From contig JALAGF010004746.1 in the NCBI GenBank assembly GCA_030167865.1, positions 1 to 45,266 on the forward strand: 45,266 nucleotides of DNA, written 5' to 3'. A program made the position numbers and the translations under genes. Position 1 is the first letter of the stretch. Every line of letters starts with the position of its first letter. A model generated the notes under the pieces. It was not told the DNA's origin. It made no database searches and saw only the letters and a list, made by a program, of their open reading frames with translations. Source of the stretch: Craspedostauros australis. Lineage: Eukaryota. Shown piece by piece: positions 29,625 through 41,061 of the stretch.

Positions 29625-32450
29625 TCAACGATAAAAGTTGGGCGAGGACATCGGGATGGGGCTCTCTTCCGGCATCGCCCGTTCACCTCTGCGCGAGGAT
29701 TTCGTTGGCGTGGATGCGATAGATGCCGAGCAGAGACTTTCATCACCGGGCGACATCTTCAATCGCTTGGAAGAGATGGTGGCATGCTGCTTACGATCAT
29801 TTTCGTTCGCGCACTTGAATCTGGCCGGTGTGTTGGTTGCATCACCATCGATGTTCTCGCTGCTCCTGTTGTTGTTCTCGCCGTCATCATCGCTGTCTCC
29901 GTCTACGTCACTCTCCTGCGTACACCGAATGGGGTACATGGAAAGATCGTCGTTGCGCCCTGGTATGTTCGCATCTCCCCGGCTACTCTCGCTATCGTAC
30001 CCAGCGACTCCCCTGCTTACATCACCATGATTGGAATTCCCATCATCGCTGAGATCGTAATCGAATTCAGGCGCTGGCGTGATCTGCAGACCGCCCACGG
30101 CATTGACACCACCATCGCTCTTGCGCTTGAGCCCGCTTGCTGTCGAGGTGGCGGCGCTATCTTGCGAGCGCGCAGCGACGTCGGGGCACCCCAGCTGCTC
30201 ATCCAGCTGGTTTTGCCAGTCTTCGCAGACGTGGCGCAGGAGATCGACCTTCTCCGGCGTGCGGCAGTAGACGCGCACCGCGCACTTCATGTGGGATTCC
30301 GGGATGACAGAGCGATGGTCCTTTTCGTCCACGACCTCCGCGAGTGGCAGATCGTCCAAGGACGATTTGCGATTGAGATTGGTTGCGCGGCCCACGAATC
30401 TCAGAAGGGACAGCGGGTTCTTGTTCTTGTTGCCGTAGTGTATGCACACTCTCTCGACCAGGATATCTTGCTTGGTCAGCTGGATGATGACGCCTTCGTC
30501 ATTGCCATCCGCGCGGCCTACCTTTCGGCGACCTGCGCCGGCGTGAGTGGGAACACCGCGCCCAGCACCGCTGCTGCTGCCTGGCACACGATGCTTTCCG
30601 CGAATGCGCAGGAGGTCCCGAACGATCTCCACCGTGGGCGCATCCCACAGCTTCTTCGCTCGCTCGTCGTCCACGTCGACGATGCGCTCGGCAGCGAACT
30701 TGTAAATGTCGTGACGGTCCAACCGCTCAACGAGATCTCGCGCGGCCTTCATCTCTGGCCGTTGGTCTTCGCGAATCAATGCGAGGATGTTGTCATCGAG
30801 CCGCTGGTAGGAATCAGGATCGGCACACGCACGGCTGATGGGCATGCCATTGTACAGCATTTTGGTATCAGCGAGTCGCAGGATGTCGCACATCATGGCC
30901 GACGCCGCCTTGACGGTCTTGTGCTGGTACACCGTTTCGTGCATCTTGAAGCGTTCTTGGAAGGCACCCAGAGCGGATGCCACGTGCTTGATTGGGTAGC
31001 AGATCATGCAATGGGTATCTGTCGGGGCACCGGGCTCGGTGGGGTAGCAACGCAGACAGCTCGGCTTGGAGCATTTGGCCCTCGCTACGATGGCATCATT
31101 GATGATGGGTATGTCCACGTTTCCGGACACGCCGAAGGCGCGACGCTTATCGCGCGCGAAATAGTCGAGCTTGTCCACGTCGAGGCCGCTGTGCTTGTTG
31201 GCAACGATATCATACAGCCACTCCTTGTGCGACTCCATGCGGCCGATGCATCCCGTTGTGCCCAATTTCTCCTTGGCTTCGGGGATTGGTCCACCCAAGA
31301 TGCATTCCTTGACGAAGATCCAATCCCGCGATGTAAGGATGTTTTCATCAACGGCTCTGTGGTGATTGTGGTTGCGGCTGCCAACGCTGTTGCTGCCAAC
31401 GCTTGCATTGACGAACATGGATGCTCCAAACACCTTCATGGTGTGAACGTCAACACCATCGCCAATCTGCTTCAACGGTTTATCCAACGCCTCCCATCGA
31501 TAGTCGATGGCCATGCCCAAGTCCGCCAACGCGGCATCGATCATCATGAGGGACGCACTCTCATGGGTCCATCCCTTGGGAATGTCGTCAAACCGTTCGT
31601 ACTCTCGCCGGACCTCAGGATCAAGCTCGATCTCCTCATTGACGCGACTCCGGAACTGCTCGTAGAGATGCGATCCCGGACCGTGTCCAATGTCATGCAG
31701 CAGGCCCGCCAAGGTGACGCACAGGACGTCCTTGTCGGTCGTGCGCAAGTTGGGCTGATGAAATTGGATGCGGCGCGCCACCTGACGCGCCAAATGCGCG
31801 ACGCCCAACGAGTGCTCGAATCTCGTGTGGTTGGCACAGGTGAAGACGAGAGCTGCCGGACCCAGCTGCTGGATGCGTCGCAGTCGCTGAAAGCGCTTCG
31901 TGTCGACCAGCGCCTTCATGACGGGACACATGTCGATCGTCTGATGCACCTCGTCGTTGGTGCGCGTCAATTTGGCATCCGTGAGCTGCGTGAGCTTGAA
32001 GGGGCGCTGCTTCAGATGGTCGTGCGGCTGCGACATGGATTGGGACTGCGTGGCCACATGCGGTTGCGACAATGGCACGCGGCCGGCGATCTGCGGATGC
32101 GCCTCCGCATCGAAGTCCCTGTCGAGCGAGAGACGCGAATTCTCGAGAGGCGCTCTCTGCGAGTGCGTTCTGGCACGCGGCACGCCTGCGTCGTTGAAGG
32201 CGCGTTGGCTGCGGGCTGCCGCAGGTGGCTGGTGGTTGGGCGGAGCCTTGCGATTCTCCTTCTGGCCCAACGCATGAGCTGCTCGCACAGACTTGCGCTG
32301 CGCGTTGGATGCCTTGCTGTACGGGTTGTGGACGGCCGTGGACACTGCCGGAGCGGGCTTGCGATCGTGCTGCGTGCGGCATTCGGATGCCCTGTCCTCT
32401 GCGCCGCTTGATTGGGTCTGGGGCATGGTCTGTTTGTCAGGAAGCGCCAT
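29625..32450 (-). CDS. SAMHD1: SAMHD1-like HD-domain dNTP triphosphohydrolase (no SAM domain), ~941 aa
   Basis: NDEVHQTI..LVDTKRFQRLRRIQQLG..ANHTRFEHSLGV..AGLLHDIGHGPGSHLYE..WTHE..LYDIVANKHSGLDVDKLDYFARD..RFKMHETVYQHKTV all align with the SAMHD1 catalytic core. Start placed at MALPDK (32450); the ORF is open to 32876. Confidence 0.92.
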   Translation of the reverse strand: MALPDKQTMPQTQSSGAEDRASECRTQHDRKPAPAVSTAVHNPYSKASNAQRKSVRAAHALGQKENRKAPPNHQPPAAARSQRAFNDAGVPRARTHSQRAPLENSRLSLDRDFDAEAHPQIAGRVPLSQPHVATQSQSMSQPHDHLKQRPFKLTQLTDAKLTRTNDEVHQTIDMCPVMKALVDTKRFQRLRRIQQLGPAALVFTCANHTRFEHSLGVAHLARQVARRIQFHQPNLRTTDKDVLCVTLAGLLHDIGHGPGSHLYEQFRSRVNEEIELDPEVRREYERFDDIPKGWTHESASLMMIDAALADLGMAIDYRWEALDKPLKQIGDGVDVHTMKVFGASMFVNASVGSNSVGSRNHNHHRAVDENILTSRDWIFVKECILGGPIPEAKEKLGTTGCIGRMESHKEWLYDIVANKHSGLDVDKLDYFARDKRRAFGVSGNVDIPIINDAIVARAKCSKPSCLRCYPTEPGAPTDTHCMICYPIKHVASALGAFQERFKMHETVYQHKTVKAASAMMCDILRLADTKMLYNGMPISRACADPDSYQRLDDNILALIREDQRPEMKAARDLVERLDRHDIYKFAAERIVDVDDERAKKLWDAPTVEIVRDLLRIRGKHRVPGSSSGAGRGVPTHAGAGRRKVGRADGNDEGVIIQLTKQDILVERVCIHYGNKNKNPLSLLRFVGRATNLNRKSSLDDLPLAEVVDEKDHRSVIPESHMKCAVRVYCRTPEKVDLLRHVCEDWQNQLDEQLGCPDVAARSQDSAATSTASGLKRKSDGGVNAVGGLQITPAPEFDYDLSDDGNSNHGDVSRGVAGYDSESSRGDANIPGRNDDLSMYPIRCTQESDVDGDSDDDGENNNRSSENIDGDATNTPARFKCANENDRKQHATISSKRLKMSPGDESLCSASIASTPTKSSRRGERAMPEESPIPMSSPNFYR

Positions 32451-34187
32451 GGTGGTAGTGGGAGGAAGTTTGATTGCGCTTGGCGGCTTCTTTTCGTTCG
32501 ACAGAGGACTCGTGTGTCGCGATGCTGGTGGAAGCTTGCTGGTGGAAGCTTGCGTCGTTTTCGAGCAACCAAGCTCGACGAATGGGTCTGCTCCACGGTA
32601 TGGAACGAGGATGCGCACAAGAGGCGGCGATGGCTGCGATGTCAACAACGTGGATAATGTGGATAATGCGGATGGCGTGGGTTGTGTGGAGTGCAGGGCA
32701 GTTGCGGAGATTGGGCTCCGAGAGATTTGTGGGACTTGCAAGGTGTTGCCGTTGCTGTTGAGGCGTTGAGATGTTGTGGTGTAGGTCTTTTGTGGTGCAT
32801 TTCTCTTGCTTTTGATCACGAAAACTGTCTCTGGATTGTGTGCGAAGTTCCCTCCATCTTTGCCAAGTGTCGTCATTCGTGATTGGATTCATCCGACCTG
32901 TGTTGTTTTCGCAAAGTGAATAGTAGCATGTACAAAGTGAACGGATCCCGTTTGACGTCATCGCCAGCGTCCAACAACTTCGACTTGTTGTCGTGTAAAA
33001 CACAGCGAATGGTTCTCCTCCACACGCACCAGCGCGCACATCCCGCGTTCATGCGCACCTGCGCGGTTCTCTCAGGCCATCACTTCGCGAGATGAAAGGG
33101 TGACGATGATTGGTTGGAGGTCGTGTGTAGCGAGGCATCGTATCGCATTGGTGGATCATGCCTTCCTTTGCCATGAGTGCGTCAGTCTCTCTCTCTCTCT
33201 CTGTCTGTCTGTCTCTGGAGAGTGCTCGTCACAAGATGGTTCGCAGTCTGGTACGACTACTGCATCTACACCCATCACACGAAGCGGTTGAGTTTCAAGG
33301 ATCAACTGAGAGCAGGCGTGACCAGTCAGTTCAACGCCTTGCAGCACTCTCAGAACAACGTGAATGCGGAACGAATGACATGGGTAGTTGCTTTGCCGCA
33401 TTGGCGATGGTGCGCGACGAACCGAGGAGCATGTCGTGATCATCATCAGAAGGCGCAACAGCGACGCAGAAGAGCACATCAGTTGACAAAATCCATTGCT
33501 TGCTCAGTACTACTGTCGTACGAATGTGGTTGTTGCTGTAGAGTGTAATAAGTCGTTGTTTATCGGTGCTGTGAGAACGGGCATTGAATGAGTACAGAGT
33601 GGCGGCGATCCTCCTGTTGCGAGGTGCGCGTAGGCACTTGCATGGTGGAGCAAGTGCATTGATTCTTAGTTTGAGACCACAGAGAGCAGATCGTGTTGGA
33701 CAGCGTTGTCGGTCGCGCGGAGGAATGGGTGAAATGAATTGATTGATTGCTTTGCGTTGATGGATTTGACAGAGAGAAAGGCGGCATGAGGGTCTCTTGC
33801 ATTGGAGCAGATCGACTTCCATTTCATCTTCTCTTTGAAGTTGGCCGAGGAGATGGATTGCTTCGTTTGGTACTATATTCGGTATGGTCGTCTCCAATAA
33901 TTGAATGGGAATATGCTTCCCCCAAGCCATCACACTGTGCATTCGTCACAAAGTTGCGGTTTGGTAATGGATCATCGTGTTGTTTCGCCGCTTCAGATCA
34001 TCGCATCTGCGCTTCGCATATACGATGTTGCGGCATCGCCGAATCAACACATCTCCATACCTCGGGCAATTCCATCCCATCTCCCTCGACCATACGTATT
34101 TCCTGTAATCTAGTGTATTCGATGTGCGTGAAGCAGAGAGAAGACAGAAGCGATGCACGCCAACCCGAAACCCCGTCGCGCGACGTC

Positions 34188-34544
34188 TCACTTCTTCATT
34201 TGACCGAGCTTGCAGAGCTGCTTTTGTAACCGCCCGCCCATGGTGTTGGCGGCGTTCTCCTTCTTGGATCGCTTCGCCAGCTGACGCTCGTTCTCCTTCT
34301 TGCCCTTGGAGCACAGATCCGACATGCGGAAGGTGTCATTGCCGCTGATCGTCAGAGCCTTGCCGGCGATGATGCGCTCGTTCTTGCGATTGATGGCCTT
34401 CGTGACGGCGACGACGTCCTTGCTGCGTTCCGAGCAGTTGCCGCTGCCACCCTTGCGCTTCAGCTTGGCGGTCTTGTTCACCTTCCTCCTCTGCGAGCCT
34501 CTCGACTTTCTGGCCTTGCCCAGATTGTGCTTGCCTTGCGCCAT
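34188..34544 (-). CDS. small basic UPF0390/DUF2462 (C19orf53, Leydig cell tumour 10 kDa-like) protein, 118 aa
   Basis: Starts MAQG, is Lys/Arg-rich, and carries RKGG and VTKAINRKNERIIAGKA, as in that family. Confidence 0.7.
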   Translation of the reverse strand: MAQGKHNLGKARKSRGSQRRKVNKTAKLKRKGGSGNCSERSKDVVAVTKAINRKNERIIAGKALTISGNDTFRMSDLCSKGKKENERQLAKRSKKENAANTMGGRLQKQLCKLGQMKK

Positions 34545-35168
34545 CTTGGTATTTACTATACTCTATTCCACAATAGTATGATATGATGTCTGTAAGCACA
34601 GCTGGGCTACGGATAGAGTCGAGTGGTGTGGTGTGAGACAGATTCCCTCTTCCGTGAATGGGAACGAGGCAGTGCTGAGAGTGTAATTGTCTCTCTCTCT
34701 CTCTCTCTTGTTCTTGATTTGGCGAAAGATGTGATTGTGTTACGGCTGCATGGAACTTGGGGTTCTTTGTTGGTTTTTGACCGTTTGTGCCGTTCGTAGT
34801 CGTACCAGTTTGCCCTTGTTGCGCCATTGTCGCAAATTCTGGTGGCTGTTGTTGGTGCTGGTTGCCTGTTTCAGGTTCAAATTCAGGGCTAATCGTATGA
34901 GTCAAATGGATGGAAGATGCGCAAACAAAACAAGAAAAAGCGCCATCTGCCCAGGGGACACAAAACAAGAGGGGACACCATCCTGAGGAGACACAAAGCG
35001 ACTGAGGCTATCTCCTCCAAGGCTATTGGTGCCACACCATGTTCATGATTTGTGGAGAGGTGACGATGCGAAGGCTGATGCGGTGCCAGCGAGAGGGAAC
35101 AAGGGAGGCCAGCGGCCCCCGTCCTCCCATGCCATAATCATGGCCCAGAGCAAGCAGCGAGCGAGAGG

Positions 35169-37303
35169 ATGAGCATTGCCACCGTGATGAAGACGTGGCC
35201 GCGGCCGATGATCGGGTCCAACGGTGACTATCGCGAGGGGCAGCACATCGAGCAACTCATCGGAGGACCGCTGTACCAACATCAGCGCGGCATACCGAGA
35301 CTCCATCGAAGACACCATCGAAGACACCATCGAAGACACCATCGAACGATTCCTCCCAACCGCATTGCCTCTGGCCAGAACACCGAATGAACGACAAGCA
35401 CTCAAACAGGCATGTCACGACTTTCCATACCAAGCACAACAGCTGCAACAGCGCCTCATTCAAAGACGCGAAGATGAAGAAGATGAAGAAACCAAGGACT
35501 CCTCATGGCTGCAACTATGGTGGAGCCAGATGGAATACCTGCAGGTGAGAGATCCTGTGGCGGTCAACAAGTCCTACTTCTTTCACTTTCTCGACGATCC
35601 CACCCTTTGTTACTCTAATGGCAACAGCAGTGACAGCAACAGCCGTGGCGGCAAGGTGAACGTCCAACGAGGCGAGGCCCTATTGTACGGCACCGCGGAG
35701 TTCCGAAAGATGGTGTGCACGGGACAGCTCATAGCCGAAGTCATCGGGAGCAAGGCCAGAGGCAACCAAACCCCGTTATGCTCCGTTTTCCTACAAGTAC
35801 GTGTTCAACTCCTGCCGCGTTCCGCATCGACAGCAGGACACGTACCACATGTACGATCCCAGCCGGCACACCCACAGCATCGTCAATCGCAAGGGGTACT
35901 TCTTCTCCATCGAGCTCGTCGACGCTGAGAGTCAGGATCCGTTGCCCATCGAGGTATTGGAGGCCCAGTTGGAGCGTTGTATCGAAATGGCAGATGATCT
36001 ATCATCCGTTGGAATGGTGGGCATGATATCGCCACCACTGTCAGCACAACCAGCGTTGCCAACACGGGCCAAGCTGGGTTTGCTCACCAGCCAGAACAGA
36101 GACGATTGGGCTGATGGCAGACAGCGGCTCCTTGACATTGGCGGCGATGCATTCCGCAAGGATCTGGAGCGTTTGGAGAGCGGGGTCATCCTTCTCAACC
36201 TCGATGAACACTCGCCCGTGTTGCGGCGGGAGTGCGGGGAGACGTTCTGGACGGGAGGGATGAAGGGTGGTCACAACCGTTGGTTTGACAAACCAGTTCA
36301 GGTGTGCGTAGCTGAGAATGGGAAGGGTGGGTTCTTGGGCGAGCATTCGATGATGGATGGCACGCCATGTGTGAGGTACGCAGATTGCATAACTGGAGTG
36401 ACGTACGATGAGGCCAAGCGTCGGTCGCATGCCAAGCATGGATCAGCAGCCTTGTCATTGATCGATACGTCATCGCTGGTGAATGAGTTGTTTGGTGAGA
36501 TCCTGCCTTCAACCGGCGTCAGCGCCAGTTTTGATAGCAAAATCATCGTCGATCTTGTGGATACTGCGCAAGAGGCCTTCTACGCTCTCATCAACAACCA
36601 CGATGTGCGCGTGCAAAGTTTCCGCGGATACGGGTCCAGATGGATGAAAGAGAGCGGCCTTTCGCCGGATGCATTTGCTCAGGCGGCGATGCAGGTGGCA
36701 TCGTGCCGTCTGTTTGGTGAGATGGTGGGGACGTACGAGGCCACGCAGGTGCGCCGTTTCTTGCATGGCCGCACGGAAGTATCCCGTACTGTGTCGAGCA
36801 GCATGGAGGCATTCGTCAAGAGGATGAGTCCCAGGGCAAAGCTCGCAATGGTCGACGTATCCCGGAGCTCCGAGACAAAGAAAGCGCTGAAGATGGCAGT
36901 TGCGGATCATAACAAGTACATGCGGGACGCTGCAAGGGCGCAGGGTGTGGACCGTCACTTCCTCGTACTGTCAATGATGCTGAAGGACCATGAAGCGGCA
37001 CCAGCCCTCCTGTCGGACGAGGTCTTTGCTCGGTCCAGACGCTGGACTGTCAGTACGAGTCAGCTCAGCCATCCACGATTTGCCATGTGGGGCTCCGGAG
37101 CCCTTGTTCCGGGCGGGGTTGGAATCGAATACTCTGTCCATGCCGAGTCCTGCATGTTCTGCGTCACGGCACTGAAGCATCTCGAATGGGCGGATAAGTT
37201 GACGGAGCTTCTGGAGGAAGCCTTGCTCGAGATGAGGATGATTGTCGAAGCCACAGCGGCGGCAGCGGTGGTGGTAGCAGGAGAACAGATCAGCAAGTTG
37301 TAG
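35169..37303 (+). pseudogene. choline/carnitine O-acyltransferase (carnitine acetyltransferase-like) with two frameshifts; C-terminal SKL
   Basis: Family motifs are spread over three frames: PLYQHQRGIPRL (frame of 35169); EDTIERFL..SWLQLWW..YLQVRDP..PLCS (frame of 35224); YKYVFNSCRVP..LLTSQNRDDWA..NRWFDK..GEHSMMDG..TYE..RRFLHGRTE..GVDRH..STSQ..SKL (frame of 35801). Frameshifts lie at ~35303 and ~35790. Confidence 0.8.
35303..35346 (+). repeat. 12-bp tandem repeat (ccatcgaagaca) x3.7 inside the acyltransferase
   Basis: ccatcgaagaca ccatcgaagaca ccatcgaagaca ccatcgaa, giving IEDT IEDT IEDT IER. Confidence 0.95.
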
Positions 37304-37789
37304 CACTTGCATACTGCCCACGTGGATGGTGTGGGTGTGAGTGTGCATAGATGTGCAGTATATCATAATCATAAGAGCTACGCTTTATTTTCAGTGCAGG
37401 AGGTTTTGCGATGCATGCAGAGACTAGTGCCTCAAACAAACAGCTGTAGCCAAACAAATTGGCGATTTTTGGATCACAAGAAAATTGCCGTGAAGAACGT
37501 GGTACACTTTGTACATAAATCCCGAACAAAAACAGGCCAATAACAGCATCAATCGTAGTCAAGCTCTCCGGACTTAGCTCGTATGCGTGTTCCTGTACTC
37601 ATCTTGACATTGTGGCATCATATATCATAGTGTATGTAAGTGCAAGCATTGTCCTAAAGATATGACGGATCAGTTATCTTCGCCATCAGTTGATCAACAA
37701 CCAGTCCTCCATGCAGTCGCTAAATGGCTGTTGCAGTATTGCTGCGCATTGCCTCGAGCATATGAGGTGCTTCCGTTCCCGCCTGATGT

Positions 37790-38767
37790 TCAGCGGGCCT
37801 GAATACAGCCATAGAGCTCCGTATTCTGCGTCACGCCCAAGCGGATCATATCATGTAACATGTTCAACCGCAAGTTCACGCTGTAGTCCGACAGTGCAGG
37901 CAATGCCGCTGTCGTGACCGTCTCCGCCGCCTCCTCACGATGCGTGGTCTTGTCGTCTTCAGTCGCAGTAGGACAACTACCGCGGCCGTCGTCTCCAAAC
38001 ACGCCATTGATTCGATCCAGCAAAAGCGGCCATGTCGTCAATGGGACGGTCATTGGATCCGTCCCAGCCTTCATGTATCCCTTGCGGAAAGCGTCGCTGT
38101 CGACACCTCCATTCTCAGGATCTGCGTCCATACCGGCCGCATCACGAGATTGCGATCGGATCTTGATTGTGGCCTTCACACTGCCATGTCCGCGGTATGC
38201 GCCGACGCTGGAAATGGGACCGCGGCTGCTGGTCGGGGTCGTATCTTCACTTGCGCTCGTGCTCGTGTGCTTCAACCCATCCATGAGGGATTGGTCGATA
38301 GTGAAGCGCTTGGAGAACGACTTGGGAGCTTGGCACAGTGGGCATGCCATGAACCGGGATGATGCACGACGGCGGACATCGCAGTTGCTGGCGGATCGCA
38401 CGTCGTACTGAATGAGGCACGGCTTGCAGATGATGTGATTGCAAGCGCATGAAGTCACGGGGTATCGAGACTTGGCGGGTTCGATCTTCTTGTTGCCGCT
38501 CTTGTTCTTGATCTTCTTGTTCGTCTTGGTTTTGGTATTCTTCTGACTGGCCTTGAATGAAGCCATGGTCGTTTGGATGCTGAGAGCATGCTGATAACGA
38601 CGAGAGCTTGCGCTGGTGCCAGGTGCGCGAGATCCGGTCATTGGCGCCACGGAGAGACGATGTGGCTGTTGCTGCGTGGCATCATCGTCCGTTTGGGGTT
38701 CGAAATGAAATGGATCGAGACAGCAGTCGCACTTGGTGTGGTCTTGGATGAATTGCAGTTGCTCCAT
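37790..38767 (-). CDS. RING-HC-like zinc finger protein with long loop insertion, copy 2 (325 aa)
   Basis: CDCC ... CACNHIICKPC ... CPLC; collinear with 16022-17113. Confidence 0.78.
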   Translation of the reverse strand: MEQLQFIQDHTKCDCCLDPFHFEPQTDDDATQQQPHRLSVAPMTGSRAPGTSASSRRYQHALSIQTTMASFKASQKNTKTKTNKKIKNKSGNKKIEPAKSRYPVTSCACNHIICKPCLIQYDVRSASNCDVRRRASSRFMACPLCQAPKSFSKRFTIDQSLMDGLKHTSTSASEDTTPTSSRGPISSVGAYRGHGSVKATIKIRSQSRDAAGMDADPENGGVDSDAFRKGYMKAGTDPMTVPLTTWPLLLDRINGVFGDDGRGSCPTATEDDKTTHREEAAETVTTAALPALSDYSVNLRLNMLHDMIRLGVTQNTELYGCIQAR

Positions 38768-40119
38768 GGTGCTTGATGTCTATTATAGATGTTTGATAAT
38801 CGATGCTTGTTCCGGTGCGAGTATGGATGGCACTTGGTTGATGTTCAAGCCAATGACAACGAAGAATTATTGGTATGAAGATGGGATGAAGACGAAGCGA
38901 AGAGGCAGGCGAGGACGTACAGCTGCGACAGAAGGTACGTGTGTGGACGATTCTGAGGAGACCAAACAATGCCAATTTATGATGGAGAAGCTGCAGATGA
39001 TGTTGCTGTTGATCGGTGACCGATCCTTGATGGCCAACGCCGTGTGGCCAGCGGTGGGATGTGTACCGACGAGTACCGTGTTTGACGATGAAGATTTTGA
39101 GTACGTGGCCAATCGTGACGTGATGTTGGTTGTCTTTGGATGCCAGTACTTGGCTTTTGTTCTGCTTTGCATTTGTTCTTTTTTGCATTTTCATGGCCAA
39201 CGATCGCTCTGTGTGTGGTGATACGTTGGTTGATGTGTTGGTTGGTGTGTTGATGTGCGAAGGTTGAAGAAAGAAAAGACGCTCGGAGGAGGAGGAAAGG
39301 GCAAACAAGAAGAGAAGGGGCGAAAAGAAAAATGACCGGCTCGTGAACAATGGCTGGTTGTGAAGGTGGCAGCGGAGGCGAGAGTGCCAAGGGAGGAGAA
39401 GAGGCCCACGGATGGTCTAATTCGTCATCATAAGTACCGCACGAACATCGGTGCGCGCAACGAAGGATCAGAAGTTGGAGGCGACGCGAAGGGGACAAGG
39501 AGACGGTTTCCATTCTACGGCTGTGAGTACTCAAGAGTGAGTAGTCGTGCTTCTATCATGCTCCCAGCATCTCCAGGGATGCCGCAATGACCAAATCTCT
39601 ATGAGTAGTTCACAATGACGCGGTCCAGCCAATGCCATCACCACTCTGTTCTTGCACGGAGTCTTTCTGCTCGACGGTGAAAGTATCTTCCGATGGTGCA
39701 AGGGGAGTGTTGGCACACGTTTCGCTTTTGGCTGCGCGCCGTCGAATTCCCGAACTGTCGTTTCGATGTTGTTCGTGGCAGCAGCTCGTACTTGGTGCAA
39801 AGCGCACCATCACAAGGAACCACAGTTACGCACATCGTCATTGCAAAGTCAGATTGATCAAAGTTCGCCTTGAATGGAAACGCCGATGATGCATTGCTGT
39901 TGCCACGCCATAGGAACATAGCCGAGCTGAGGTGATCGGTGCAAAGGTGAGTGGAATAGTAGAGTGATGTCAGAATTACGGTCCTCAGTTCTTGAATCTC
40001 TTGTTCTTGATGGCGTACCCGGAGAGTCTGTTTCAGCCCCTCAAGTCTTGTCAGACACTGCTCCTTCTCACTACCATCATCGGAATAATGATAGCATACT
40101 CGTGGGCATAGTACTATGG

Positions 40120-41061
40120 CTACAGGAGCAACTCGTTTGACACTTCGTGCACAGCTTCATGTGAGGAGGCAGATGCGCCTGTGGCGCGGTCAGCGCTACT
40201 TCGGTGCTGCTCTTGCCGGCACCACACCTCCGCATCCTTCCAGCCTTCTTCGTATACCCCGGTCAGCTCCTCCCTCGAACTGGCCTGCGTCGCTATCCGG
40301 ATCAATCGTTTCACGTCCTCCTCATTCTCAACACGAGGTGATATGCAGTCCTCGTCATCAAAGGCGTCAATCTTGAACACATTCTTTGGGAATGCTGCGA
40401 TGCCGACGGTGCGATCGACAATCGGTTGGCGAGTTGATGTGTCGCCGCTCTGAATATCGCTTCTATTCCAAGCGTCGCCATCGGCACCGCCATCGTTGGC
40501 GGAGGTTGGATTCACCATGTCAAAGTCAGGACAGCCAAATCGATCCCTTGGAACCGAGAAGTACCCGTCCACCATCAACCTCGGATAGGAGTTGGACCAA
40601 TCCAAGATGCACGGGAAGTTGGTGGAGAAGAATGGGAACATGCACGAGAACTGCGTCGCTCGGAACAAGTCCTCTCGCGATTCGAATGTCGTTTGCAGAT
40701 AGTCGCGACGTGTCGGAAAGATTTCTTTGTATCCCAATCCGATGATGCCGGGGCGGTTTTGAATTGCGTCGAACTCATTCTCCTTCACCAACCCCTGCAG
40801 CTGCTGTTCCAGCAACGGGAGCAATCGTCCTCGGGCGCCGCCCAATGCCGCACAACCGTCGGAGACTTGGATGGTCGCCTCCAGCACGCGTTCGGGATGG
40901 ATACCGCATCCGTACGACACGGCGGCGATCGATCCGGCCGAGGAACCAGCGATCGGCGTGTTCTGAGGATGCAGCATTCCATTGTACTCCAATGATGCCA
41001 ATGCGCCCAGATGATACGGCAGCATCAGACCGCCGGGAGATAACGAAAAGCCGACCTTCAT
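40120..41061 (-). CDS. patatin-like phospholipase (PNPLA/ATGL-like), 313 aa
   Basis: FSLSPGGLMLPYHLG (oxyanion Gly loop), IAGSSAG (GxSxG nucleophile) and LMVDGYF (catalytic Asp, DG motif). Confidence 0.9.
   Translation of the reverse strand: MKVGFSLSPGGLMLPYHLGALASLEYNGMLHPQNTPIAGSSAGSIAAVSYGCGIHPERVLEATIQVSDGCAALGGARGRLLPLLEQQLQGLVKENEFDAIQNRPGIIGLGYKEIFPTRRDYLQTTFESREDLFRATQFSCMFPFFSTNFPCILDWSNSYPRLMVDGYFSVPRDRFGCPDFDMVNPTSANDGGADGDAWNRSDIQSGDTSTRQPIVDRTVGIAAFPKNVFKIDAFDDEDCISPRVENEEDVKRLIRIATQASSREELTGVYEEGWKDAEVWCRQEQHRSSADRATGASASSHEAVHEVSNELLL

Noticed and set aside
29514-32411. 965-aa plus-strand ORF
   Set aside because: Antisense shadow of the SAMHD1-like gene, with no domain features.
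33331-34229. ORFs of 120-200 aa between SAMHD1 and the UPF0390 gene
   Set aside because: No recognisable product; they cross TCAA/CT repeats.
34950-34997. Three gg(g/a)gacac units in the divergent promoter region
   Set aside because: Too short and irregularly spaced to assign a function.
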